Below are positions 46,959 to 56,007 of a DNA stretch of 64,000 bases, piece by piece; positions within the stretch are counted from its first letter, which is position 1, and the number at the start of each line of letters is the position of its first letter. The position numbers and the translations under genes are program-made. The DNA is from Thermoproteota archaeon (lineage in GTDB: Archaea; Korarchaeota; Korarchaeia; Korarchaeales; JAOZGB01), in the NCBI GenBank assembly GCA_037917685.1, contig JAVCBU010000012.1, positions 320,001 through 384,000 on the forward strand. Reading direction: 5' to 3'. Under the pieces are notes generated by a model, which did not search any database, had not been told where the DNA came from, and saw nothing but the letters and a program-made list of their open reading frames with translations.

Positions 46959-46968
46959 TTTTCAAAAA
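46925..46968. repeat. Tandem direct repeat ATCCTACAAAT(4-5)CAAAAA x2, 24-bp period
   Basis: 46925-46945 ATCCTACAAATTTTTCAAAAA and 46949-46968 ATCCTACAAATTTTCAAAAA. Confidence 0.85.
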
Positions 46969-47018
46969 ACTTTAAAAATATTAAAGTCTACACTATAACT
47001 ATCGGTGAAACTTGTACC

Positions 47019-47738
47019 ATGGAAGGGTTGGAGAGAACACCATCGGGCATAGACGGCCTAGATATGGTAATTGAAGGCGGTTTCCCCAGAGGATCTCTGA
47101 TAATTGTCTCTGGAGGCGCAGGTGCGGGGAAAACAACTTTTGGTTTACAATTTGTATTTTATGGTTGTTCGGTTCTTGGTGAAAGTGTATTATATGTATT
47201 ACTAAGTGAAGATTCGGACTCGCTCAGGGCATCAGCTGTAAGATTTGGTTGGAATATAAATGATCTCGAAAAAAGCGGTGTCTTCAATATTTTCGAGCCT
47301 GATGAAGTTGAGCGTGAGAACGCAGGGAGGATTATCAACCAAATTATTAACCGTGCGATATCACTTGAAGCAAGAAGGATAGTAATAGATTCTTACTCCC
47401 CATTCCAACTTGTATTAGATTCTCCCACATCTAGACTACTTGTTCATCTCTTATATAAATTTAGCAAGAAATCAAGATCTAATCTTATGCTTATCATGGA
47501 GGGATTAAACCCCCTGACCATGTCAGAGTCATACGTAGCAGATGGTTTAATTCACCTTGAAGTGGAGTATTCAAGTAATACCAAAAGGCTAATGAAAATA
47601 TTTAAAATGAGGGGAACAAGGGTTAAAAAAACAACACTTAGATTTACTATTGGAAGCAAAGGTATAGAAGTACTCTCTAATCCTGGGGGTGATGGGGTTA
47701 AACATCAAGTTTCATACATAAAAATGTTAAGGAGGTGA
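47019..47738 (+). CDS. Single-domain KaiC/RAD55-like ATPase
   Basis: SGIDGLD..IEGGFP, GGAGAGKT, RIVIDS, YVADGLIHL, R...IFKMRGT. Confidence 0.9.
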   Translation: MEGLERTPSGIDGLDMVIEGGFPRGSLIIVSGGAGAGKTTFGLQFVFYGCSVLGESVLYVLLSEDSDSLRASAVRFGWNINDLEKSGVFNIFEPDEVERENAGRIINQIINRAISLEARRIVIDSYSPFQLVLDSPTSRLLVHLLYKFSKKSRSNLMLIMEGLNPLTMSESYVADGLIHLEVEYSSNTKRLMKIFKMRGTRVKKTTLRFTIGSKGIEVLSNPGGDGVKHQVSYIKMLRR

Positions 47739-47744
47739 TGTAAA

Positions 47745-47945
47745 GTGCCTAGAAGCAGGGGGGAACATAAGGAGAGGCTTATTTCCACCAGAGTTACTAT
47801 GAAGATAGCTGAGGCGGTGCAGTCTGCCGCGGACAGTGAAGGTCTAACTATATCGGAGTGGATGAGAAACCTAATAATCAAAGAGCTGAAAGCGAGAAAG
47901 CTTATAGGTGAAGGTGTAAAGCTAGGCCTCCTGAGAGGGAGGTAG
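47745..47945 (+). CDS. Ribbon-helix-helix DNA-binding protein
   Basis: LISTRVT...AEAV...A..EGLTISEWMRNLI..EL; preceded by the RBS GGAGGTGA. Confidence 0.75.
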   Translation: MPRSRGEHKERLISTRVTMKIAEAVQSAADSEGLTISEWMRNLIIKELKARKLIGEGVKLGLLRGR

Positions 47946-47948
47946 GCT

Positions 47949-49352
47949 TTGCAACCACCCGTTTTCCACTTACCACCCGAACTGGAAACCGCCCTTAGAA
48001 CACCGAGATATAGCATAGCGGTCAAGGGAGCACCGGGTACGGGAAAGTCAACGCTAGCCATGGAAATCCTCTCCTTTTTTGGCGGAGAATCAAGCCTGTA
48101 CGTGTCATCACGTGTAAGCGTAGAACAGATATATAGAGACTTCCCATGGCTTAAGGGTAAAATAAAAGGAGATAGTATAATAGACATGACAAGTTCCGAG
48201 AAAACAGAAAAAAGAAGTGAGTTTTTATTTTTTGACAAGCCAAGATTTCTATCTTACTTGCTTTCAAGAGTTAAAAAACTTAAGAAGCCTAGAATAGTAA
48301 TATTTGATAGTATAGAAGCTCTAAGATCGATTTTAGACGTTAGAGGTCAAGAGTTAGCCTTAGAACACTCGTTGATGAGTCTCATAGAGGAAGCAGACAC
48401 GAACGCGGTGTTCGTGCTCGAGAGCAGGACCGAACATAAAATTGAGTATATGGTCGATGGCGTTATCTGTCTGGAGTATAAACTTATAGATGGAAGAAGG
48501 ATTAGAAGACTTACCATAGAAAAACTGAGAGGTGTGAAAATAAAACAATCTACCTATCTATTCACCCTAAAAGATGGTAGACTTTCCTGCCCATCTAGAA
48601 TTACACTTAGGATCCCTGACTTCAAAGAAAAACACAGGGTTGTAATCGATGAGGGTAGATTCGACTTTCAGGGAAGACCCGCATACTCAACTGGTAACAA
48701 AAGTTTCGACAAGTTTATAGGTGGGGGTTACCCAAAGGGAGGCCTAGTTCTTTTTGAACTTTCAAAAGATGCTCCACCAAATATGATTACACATGTGTGT
48801 GGAGCGACGGTAGAGAACTTTTTGATGCAGGATAGACCGGTTGTGGGAATTCCTGCCCTTGTTAACACACCTCAAAAGGTGAAAAGTACTTATGAAGTGA
48901 TGGTTCATCCAGAAAAGCTTAGAAATGCTATTATATTATGGCCTGAAAAAACAGAAGATGAAACAGTTGTCTATATAACGGGCGGCGCTGAGGAGTGGGC
49001 TGAAACTACTATTTCAGAGGTTGAAAGGATTAAGAATAAAACTATGAAGCCTGTTCTGATTGTTTTCTCATGTGACACTATAATATCATCGTTAGGGGAG
49101 GAGGGAGCAAGCGAATTCGTGACAATGGTGTCCAGGTACGTCAAGGATAGGGATGACTTGCTAATACTGGTATCTGTAAAGAACTCCGTCTTTTTGGATA
49201 ACATTAGGAAAATGGCTGATATCTATATAAAGGTTACACGCGATGCAGGAGTACCACTTTTATATGGGGTTTCCCCGTGGACTCCAATTTACATGTTTAC
49301 AATCGATGTTTCCAAGCCTCACCCTGAAATTGTTCTCCTCCCTATTCTCTAA
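47949..49352 (+). CDS. GvpD-like two-domain KaiC-family ATPase
   Basis: SIAVKGAPGTGKST, YVSSRVS....Y..FPW, FDS, YMVDGVI.L, R.L.IEKLRG; second degenerate domain STG...FD...GGG..KG; LYG..PWT..Y. Confidence 0.8.
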   Translation: MQPPVFHLPPELETALRTPRYSIAVKGAPGTGKSTLAMEILSFFGGESSLYVSSRVSVEQIYRDFPWLKGKIKGDSIIDMTSSEKTEKRSEFLFFDKPRFLSYLLSRVKKLKKPRIVIFDSIEALRSILDVRGQELALEHSLMSLIEEADTNAVFVLESRTEHKIEYMVDGVICLEYKLIDGRRIRRLTIEKLRGVKIKQSTYLFTLKDGRLSCPSRITLRIPDFKEKHRVVIDEGRFDFQGRPAYSTGNKSFDKFIGGGYPKGGLVLFELSKDAPPNMITHVCGATVENFLMQDRPVVGIPALVNTPQKVKSTYEVMVHPEKLRNAIILWPEKTEDETVVYITGGAEEWAETTISEVERIKNKTMKPVLIVFSCDTIISSLGEEGASEFVTMVSRYVKDRDDLLILVSVKNSVFLDNIRKMADIYIKVTRDAGVPLLYGVSPWTPIYMFTIDVSKPHPEIVLLPIL

Positions 49353-50000
49353 GTCTTTAATTATCTGTTTACCCACAGAAAAACAGGTAGGACTATCGAA
49401 CTGAAGTGTATCGAATCTCAAAAATTTTTCTAAAGGGACTATCGGCACTCCCTTTGCATTATCCATGTTATAGACCGATAAAATTACAGGATATAATCTA
49501 AAGTGGTTTCCAGCGTATAAATTTGATAAGGCTTTAGCCCTTTCCTCTTGTTTTTCAGCGGCCTGTTTCAACTTGTATTTTCCTTTATGAAACCATTGCT
49601 TACAGTCTATTATATACATGTAGCGGAATTTCCATGCTATAAGGTCTACTTCATATCTTTTCTCACGGTATTTAAATCTAAAATTGAGAACAGTATTGAA
49701 GCCATTTTCAATTAGTATTAATGATGCTAACTTTTCGAATTCGCCCCATGTCAACCACCATGAAGCTTCGTATATGTCTAAGCCTAACTCAACCATGGTA
49801 AGCACAAGTCGAACTATATCTACAACTTTAACGTTATCCCCTACTATTTTTATACATCCATGCTGTAACAATAATTCAATCATATTCGTATCTTCTGGCG
49901 ACTTTACTATGGATGCTAAGGGTATCCATCTACCCCTATCGGCAATCAATTTTCCTAAGAGTACTTTTACTCTGCTATTTACACCATGTATGTTGCCCAC
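49260..50000 (-). CDS. Restriction-endonuclease-like (Mrr/NERD-type) protein
   Basis: LTWGEFEKL...IL..NGF....NFRF.....YEVDLIA.....YIIDCKQW. Confidence 0.7.
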   Translation of the reverse strand: MGNIHGVNSRVKVLLGKLIADRGRWIPLASIVKSPEDTNMIELLLQHGCIKIVGDNVKVVDIVRLVLTMVELGLDIYEASWWLTWGEFEKLASLILIENGFNTVLNFRFKYREKRYEVDLIAWKFRYMYIIDCKQWFHKGKYKLKQAAEKQEERAKALSNLYAGNHFRLYPVILSVYNMDNAKGVPIVPLEKFLRFDTLQFDSPTCFSVGKQIIKDLENREENNFRVRLGNIDCKHVNWSPRGNPI

Positions 50001-50410
50001 CCTTCTCTACTATGAGGTTTGATCTCTTTTCGTGGGGGGATACCAATCTGAGGAAGTGGAGGGGGAACACCGATACTTCTGGATATTAACACCGCTTCAG
50101 CAGTCGCTGCATTGATAACGGCAGCTATTATCCTTCTATCGGGAGTTTTCCTCTGCTTTTTCTCTTCGATCAACTTCTGAATCTCCTTTTCTTCTCCCTC
50201 AACAGTTACGGTGCCTTTTACTGTGATTTGCGCAATTGATGGTGTATAGTTTACGACATACACAAAAGGTATATCTACCCTGTTTTTACCTTTCTCTTCT
50301 AGACCCAAAATATTCGCGTTAACGGTTATTTTACCCTCTGCGGGGAATTCATTTGGCTTTGGGAAGAGTCTCTCCCCTGAAAGATGGGTTATGAAAATTT
50401 TAAGTTTCAT
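49979..50410 (-). CDS. Conserved archaeal protein, SecB-like pattern
   Basis: F.Y.VNY.P.IA.I..KG...EA..ISR.IGVPPP.P. Confidence 0.6.
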   Translation of the reverse strand: MKLKIFITHLSGERLFPKPNEFPAEGKITVNANILGLEEKGKNRVDIPFVYVVNYTPSIAQITVKGTVTVEGEEKEIQKLIEEKKQRKTPDRRIIAAVINAATAEAVLISRSIGVPPPLPQIGIPPRKEIKPHSREGWATYMV

Positions 50411-50493
50411 TAAGTAAAATACACCACGGTAAATAATAAAAGATTGAGATGAGATTAACCTTTAAAACGTGTATAATATAGGAAGGTGGCAAT

Positions 50494-52893
50494 ATGAAGA
50501 ATACAGCTCTAATACTATGGTTTGAGGAGACTGGGAAAGAAGATACAGCCTTAGTTGGTGGAAAGTCAGCGAATCTCGGTGAAATGTTGAAATCTGGATT
50601 CCCGGTTCCACCTGGATTCTCTGTGACCGCCTACGCCTACAAGAAATTCATAGAAGACACCGGAATAAAGGATGAGATATTTCAGATACTAAGCGAGAAC
50701 ATACGACAGGGTAAGCCTGAGGAATACGAAAAAGCATCCAAGACAATAAGAGAGCTCATAGAAACTACAGACATGCCGACAGAAATAAGAGACGAGATCG
50801 TTAGGGCTTACAGACAGCTCAGCAATAGAGTCGAGGTCCCTAACGTTCCTGTTGCAGTTAGGTCTTCCGCAACCGCCGAGGACTTGCCTGGCGCAAGCTT
50901 CGCCGGGCAACAAGAGACATACCTGAACGTTAGAGGGATAGACGAACTTATAGAAACAGTTAAGAAGTGTTGGTCAAGCCTTTTTACACCCAGAGCCATA
51001 TTTTACAGGGATCAGAAGGGATTCGAGCATGAAAAGGTATATTTAAGCGTAGCCATCCAGAAAATGGTGAACTCAAAAGCAGCGGGTGTAATGTTCACGC
51101 TGAACCCGGTCACAGGGGATAGAAATCAGATAGTAATCGAGGCAAGCTGGGGCCTTGGTGAAACAGTCGTCGGTGGGAAAGTAACCCCTGATAGGTACAT
51201 AGTAGACAAAGAAACACTTACTATTATAGATAAGGAGATTGCTGAGAAAACCATTGCCTATGAGAGAGACCCAATAACCGGAAAAACGGTCAAGGTATCA
51301 GTGCCTCCTGAGAAAGCAAATGCACCATGCCTAACAGATCAGGAAATATTAAGGCTTGCGGAACTTGCTAAAAAAATCGAGGAACATTATGGCACGCCAC
51401 AGGATATAGAATTCGCAATAGATAGAGACATGGAGTTCCCGGAGAACATATTCATCGTACAGTCTAGGCCTGAAACAGTTTGGAGCCAGCGTAAGCCTCC
51501 TAAAGCGGAGGAAAAACCAATTACGGTAAGTGAAATGAAAGTAACAATTAAGGGGCTTCCAGCCAGTCCTGGAATAGCATGGGGGAAGGCTAAAGTGGTG
51601 CTCTCCCCCGAAGAAGCTGCTGAAAGATTGAAAGAAAAGGATATACTAGTAACAACAATGACCAATCCAGACTGGGTTCCATATATGAAGAAAGCCTCCG
51701 CTATAGTGACAGACGAGGGAGGAATGACATGCCATGCAGCTATTGTTAGCAGAGAACTTGGAATACCATGTATTGTAGGAACCAAGAATGCAACAGAAGT
51801 GCTCCGTGATGGAGAAGAGTATACGGTGGACGCTAAGTCTGGAGTGGTATACGAAGGCTACGTCGAAGAGCTCGTAAAGCCGAAAGAGGAAGTAGCTGCA
51901 CCCGTGGCGAGGATATCCGAAAGACCGATAACTGCTACAAAGATTTATGTTAACCTTTCGCTACCTGAAATCGCTGAAAAGGTATTCAATGAAAGCCAGC
52001 CAGATGGCGTCGGATTGTTAAGAGCAGAGCACATGATGCTCTCGGTAGGTAAACATCCAAGATTGCTTATAGAAACAGGTGGAGAACAAGAGATGATCGA
52101 AAAATTTGCTGAGGGAATAAGGAGAGTAGCCGAAGTATTCTATCCAAGACCTGTAGTATACAGATTCCTTGATTTCAAACCAGATGAGTTCCTAACGTTG
52201 CCTGGCGGTGAAAAATATGAAAAGGAAGCTGGACATGTTGGTCCTAATCCTCTGATAGGATACCGAGGGTGCTACAGGTACATAAGGGAACCAGACATAT
52301 TTAGGCTAGAATGTAGAGCAATAAAGAAGGTTAGAGAAGAGTATGGTTTAAAAAACGTATGGGTAATGATACCATTCGTTAGAACCATAAGAGAGTTTAG
52401 AATAGCAAAGAGAATAATGGAGGAAGAAGGACTCATCAGAGATCCGGACTTTAAACTGTGGATCATGGTTGAAGTTCCAAGCACTGTAATCCTTATAGAT
52501 AAGTTCATAGAGGAGGGAATAGACGGAATCTCATTTGGTACCAATGATCTTACAATGTTAATAGCAGCAATAGACAGGAATGATGCGATGGTTCAAGGTG
52601 TCACCGATGAGAGGGACCTTGCAGTCCTTAGGGCTATGAGCCATGTCATTAGGGTCTGCCGCAAGCATGGTGTTACGACGAGCATATGTGGCCAAGCGCC
52701 TTCAAACTACCCAGAGGTAGTGGAATTTCTAGTTAGAGAGGGAGCGACCAGCATTTCGGTTAATCCCGACAAGGTCGAAGAGACGAGGAGACTGGTGGCT
52801 GAGATAGAAAGGAGAATCATGCTAGAAGCTGCAAGAGAGATGAAAAGATCTAAGCCTATATGGTCGCCTGAATGGTCGAAGGAACTGGAATAG
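50494..52893 (+). CDS. ppsA: Phosphoenolpyruvate synthase
   Basis: VGGKSANLGEM, AVRSSATAEDLP.ASFAGQQET, GGMTCHAAIVSRELG, GVGLLRAE, SFGTNDL, SICGQAPS. Confidence 0.97.
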   Translation: MKNTALILWFEETGKEDTALVGGKSANLGEMLKSGFPVPPGFSVTAYAYKKFIEDTGIKDEIFQILSENIRQGKPEEYEKASKTIRELIETTDMPTEIRDEIVRAYRQLSNRVEVPNVPVAVRSSATAEDLPGASFAGQQETYLNVRGIDELIETVKKCWSSLFTPRAIFYRDQKGFEHEKVYLSVAIQKMVNSKAAGVMFTLNPVTGDRNQIVIEASWGLGETVVGGKVTPDRYIVDKETLTIIDKEIAEKTIAYERDPITGKTVKVSVPPEKANAPCLTDQEILRLAELAKKIEEHYGTPQDIEFAIDRDMEFPENIFIVQSRPETVWSQRKPPKAEEKPITVSEMKVTIKGLPASPGIAWGKAKVVLSPEEAAERLKEKDILVTTMTNPDWVPYMKKASAIVTDEGGMTCHAAIVSRELGIPCIVGTKNATEVLRDGEEYTVDAKSGVVYEGYVEELVKPKEEVAAPVARISERPITATKIYVNLSLPEIAEKVFNESQPDGVGLLRAEHMMLSVGKHPRLLIETGGEQEMIEKFAEGIRRVAEVFYPRPVVYRFLDFKPDEFLTLPGGEKYEKEAGHVGPNPLIGYRGCYRYIREPDIFRLECRAIKKVREEYGLKNVWVMIPFVRTIREFRIAKRIMEEEGLIRDPDFKLWIMVEVPSTVILIDKFIEEGIDGISFGTNDLTMLIAAIDRNDAMVQGVTDERDLAVLRAMSHVIRVCRKHGVTTSICGQAPSNYPEVVEFLVREGATSISVNPDKVEETRRLVAEIERRIMLEAAREMKRSKPIWSPEWSKELE

Positions 52894-53348
52894 GGCTTCT
52901 TCTTCCAAAGCACAAAAAATTGATAGAGTACATAGCAAAAAAGTACTGGTGGACAAACAAAATAGCTGAACTTGGAGTGGGGTTTTACCCTTTACCCTCT
53001 TGTTTGTTAGAGAAACTTACGAAGAAACAGATAATGGTAGTAGACAATAACAGGGAAGCCTTGGAGTACGCATTAAAGCACTGTCCGAATTTAGTGGCTG
53101 TCTACGATGACATTGTGAGGCCAAACCTGCAGATTTATCGGGGGGTGGAACTCCTATACTCTATAAGACCGAACGAAGAACTTGTTCCTTATATGGAAGA
53201 TTTAGCCTCTAAGATAAATACAGACTTAATAATTTCTCCCATGGAATATATCGACATGCCTGAGGAATGGAAAATGGTTAGATCGGAAGGATATGTATTT
53301 TACGTGAAGTCATTCTCTAACAATCCAAGTTCCAGTTTTCCCTTCTAA
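52872..53348 (+). CDS. UPF0146 family protein
   Basis: KIAELGVG, DDIVRPNLQIY.G..LLYSIRP..EL. Confidence 0.8.
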   Translation: MVEGTGIGLLLPKHKKLIEYIAKKYWWTNKIAELGVGFYPLPSCLLEKLTKKQIMVVDNNREALEYALKHCPNLVAVYDDIVRPNLQIYRGVELLYSIRPNEELVPYMEDLASKINTDLIISPMEYIDMPEEWKMVRSEGYVFYVKSFSNNPSSSFPF

Positions 53349-54284
53349 TGCCTCCATAGCCCTATCAAGTGATGTTATAATTGCATATTTTCCCTTCGTT
53401 TTCTCGAGAAATCTTATACATGCCTTTACTTTAGGGCCCATGCTTCCTGGTAAAAAGTGTCCTTCTTCTAAGTATTTCTTTGCTTCATTTACCGTCATCC
53501 TATCGATATCCTTTTCATCGGGTTTACCATAATTAAGCTTAACCTTTTCCACGTCTGTCAGTATAAGGAATATGTCAGCATCGATTACCTCCGCCATTCT
53601 TTCTCCCGCTAAATCCTTGTCAATAACTGCTTCTACACCTTTCAAAAATCCGTTCTCTTCAATTACGGGTATTCCGCCTCCTCCCGAGGCGATTACAATT
53701 ACCCCGTTGTCTACAAGTATTTTAATAGGTTTCTGTTCAATAGTTTTAATCGGGTCAGGAGAGGGGACAACCCTTCTATACGGCTTGTTACCTGTAGGTT
53801 TAACTTTTCTGATGGTGTATCCTTTCTCCTTGACGAGACGCATAGCCGTCTCGTAATTGTAAAAAGGCCCCACAGGTTTATGTGGATCTTTAAAGTCTGG
53901 GTCGTCCTTGTTTACTAGAACCTGTGTGACAACTGTGGCGACAGGTATGTCTAAGCCTTCTTTCCTGAGTATGTTTAGGAGGGTTTGTTGAAGCATGTAT
54001 CCTATTTGACCCTGGGTCATAGCCCCACATACATCCATCGGCTGAGGTGGCACAATATTCTTTGCTTCTTCTTGTTGTATCAGTAGCGCACCGACTTGAG
54101 GCCCGTTCCCATGTGTTATAGCCACCTTATAACCTTTCTTAACTATCCTAACGATGCTCTTGCATGTTTTTCTTATATTTTTCATCTGCTCCTCGTATGT
54201 ACCTTTCTCATCTGCCTGTTTGATAGCATTTCCACCTAGGGCTATTAAAACTTTTTCTCCTGGCATATCGAACACCTTGGCCAT
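53310..54284 (-). CDS. arcC: Carbamate kinase
   Basis: IALGGNAI, THGNGPQVG, KPVGPFY, RRVVPSP, GGGGIPV, EAVIDKD, GSMGPKV. Confidence 0.96.
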   Translation of the reverse strand: MAKVFDMPGEKVLIALGGNAIKQADEKGTYEEQMKNIRKTCKSIVRIVKKGYKVAITHGNGPQVGALLIQQEEAKNIVPPQPMDVCGAMTQGQIGYMLQQTLLNILRKEGLDIPVATVVTQVLVNKDDPDFKDPHKPVGPFYNYETAMRLVKEKGYTIRKVKPTGNKPYRRVVPSPDPIKTIEQKPIKILVDNGVIVIASGGGGIPVIEENGFLKGVEAVIDKDLAGERMAEVIDADIFLILTDVEKVKLNYGKPDEKDIDRMTVNEAKKYLEEGHFLPGSMGPKVKACIRFLEKTKGKYAIITSLDRAMEALEGKTGTWIVRE

Positions 54285-54369
54285 CTCTCATCCGTTAAAA
54301 AATTTAATCATTGTCCTCCGCTAAACAACTAGATTTATATGGAACATGGATTAACATTCATGAACCAAG

Positions 54370-55260
54370 TTGAAAATAGGGATTTTAGTTTCTAGCAAGA
54401 GAAGAAGGATATGGCCTGCTAAAGAGCTTAAAAAAACAGCATTGAATATGGGGTACAAGGCTGTAATTTTAGATCCAGCTGAACTGACTATAACTATTAA
54501 GGGAAGTCTAATTGATGTAACCCATAATAGAACAAGAAAAAGCTTAATAGGGGGGGATTCCGTTTTCTTGTTAAGAAGACCTGACTATGCTAATCCTGAA
54601 CTCTTATTTTATAGAATCGACGTTATAAGAGCACTAGAGCTTTCCGGAAAGACTGTAATAAACAAGATCGAAGCCTTTCTAAAGGCTGTAGATAAGATAA
54701 GAACATCTTTACTTCTAGCTAAGTATGGAATTCCAACACCTAACACAGTCGTATCTGAAGAGGAGCCCCCTGCTATGAGAGCACATATAGAATTTGGGCG
54801 GTCTGTTGTTAAGCCTATTTTCGGCTCTCAGGGTAAGGGATCAGTACTCATAGAAAATATAGATAGCGCATGGCGTGTATTTAGGCTGCATAGGTATTAC
54901 AGAGTTCCAATATATGTACAGTCGTTTGTTGAGCATAGAAACAGGGATATAAGGGTGTTTGTCCTAGGTGAAAGAATATTGTCAGCGATGTATAGGGTTT
55001 CAGACAGTTGGAAAACAAATATTTCTCAGGGGGCGAAGCCTATGCCTATAAAGCTGACCAGCGAACTTGAGGAGATAGCTTTGAAGTCGGCTAGGATAAT
55101 TGGAGCTGAAATAGCCGGAGTAGACATCGTAGAGAGTAAGGAGGGGCCTCTGGTTTTGGAGGTTAACGCGTGTCCAGAGTGGAGAGGGCTACAAAAAGTA
55201 ACTAAAGTAAATATTAGTGAGGAAATCATAAGATATGTTATCTCACAAGCTAAAAGATAG
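54370..55260 (+). CDS. RimK/MptN/LysX family ATP-grasp ligase
   Basis: DKIRT, GIPTPNT, VKPIFGSQGKG, DIRVFV, WKTNISQG, AGVDI, LEVNACP.W.GL. Confidence 0.9.
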   Translation: MKIGILVSSKRRRIWPAKELKKTALNMGYKAVILDPAELTITIKGSLIDVTHNRTRKSLIGGDSVFLLRRPDYANPELLFYRIDVIRALELSGKTVINKIEAFLKAVDKIRTSLLLAKYGIPTPNTVVSEEEPPAMRAHIEFGRSVVKPIFGSQGKGSVLIENIDSAWRVFRLHRYYRVPIYVQSFVEHRNRDIRVFVLGERILSAMYRVSDSWKTNISQGAKPMPIKLTSELEEIALKSARIIGAEIAGVDIVESKEGPLVLEVNACPEWRGLQKVTKVNISEEIIRYVISQAKR

Positions 55261-55938
55261 AAGAGAAATCTTTCTTTTAAGTATAAAGGTTAAAAAGCGG
55301 AAAGCATCTTTTACTGGGTTTATTTTCGAATCTTTTCTGTCATATATCGTCATGATTTCGACTTCCCTTATCCTCAGATTGTGTTTTTTAGCTTCTATAA
55401 GCAATTCGCTTTCGATATTAAACCTATTTTCCTCGAGTTTGAGTTTTGAGAATGCCTTAGGATTAATGGATCTATATCCACATTGGCTGTCTCTCACCTT
55501 CACATTAAACAGTAAGTCAAGTAAAAATGAGGTTAATTTATTACTTATAACCCTAAATATCGGCATACCCGCCTTTGTGGAGATATTCCTGTACCCGCAG
55601 ACGAGGTCAGCTTCCCTATTTATAATTGGATTTAACAGTTTTGGAATATCTTCAGGGCTATGCTGCCCATCAGCATCCATAAGAATAACTGCTTCAGCAT
55701 CAAATAGTTTGAGTATCTTTTCGAATCCTTTCCTTATAGCTGCACCTTTACCCATATTTTGACGATTAATAAATAGAAAAGCACCCCCTTCCAGTGCTTT
55801 TAAACCTGTTATATCCTTAGAGCCGTCATCTACAACCATAACATAAGTAACATATTTCAAAGCCCCTTCAACTACAGTATATACAGTGTTCTCCTCATTA
55901 TATGCGGGTACCAGGGCAACTGTCTCCATGCCAATCAA
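55243..55938 (-). CDS. GT2 glycosyltransferase (Dol-P-Man synthase-like)
   Basis: PAYNEE, VDDGSKD, GKGAA, MDADGQH, DSQCGYR. Confidence 0.92.
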   Translation of the reverse strand: MIGMETVALVPAYNEENTVYTVVEGALKYVTYVMVVDDGSKDITGLKALEGGAFLFINRQNMGKGAAIRKGFEKILKLFDAEAVILMDADGQHSPEDIPKLLNPIINREADLVCGYRNISTKAGMPIFRVISNKLTSFLLDLLFNVKVRDSQCGYRSINPKAFSKLKLEENRFNIESELLIEAKKHNLRIREVEIMTIYDRKDSKINPVKDAFRFLTFILKRKISLLSFSL

Positions 55939-56007
55939 CTCCTCTACTAATAAGATCCAGAACTATAATGTTAAAAGCTTGCGTCCGCCAAGAAATATGG
56001 AAAGCAT

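Noticed and set aside
47949-49352. Gas vesicle or circadian clock system
   Set aside because: No gvpA/gvpN or kaiA/kaiB in the window; KaiC/GvpD-like ATPases are widespread in archaea without those functions.
54370-55260. Evidence of methanogenesis from the MptN-like ligase
   Set aside because: RimK-family substrate cannot be assigned from motifs alone, and no other C1/H4MPT genes are in the window.
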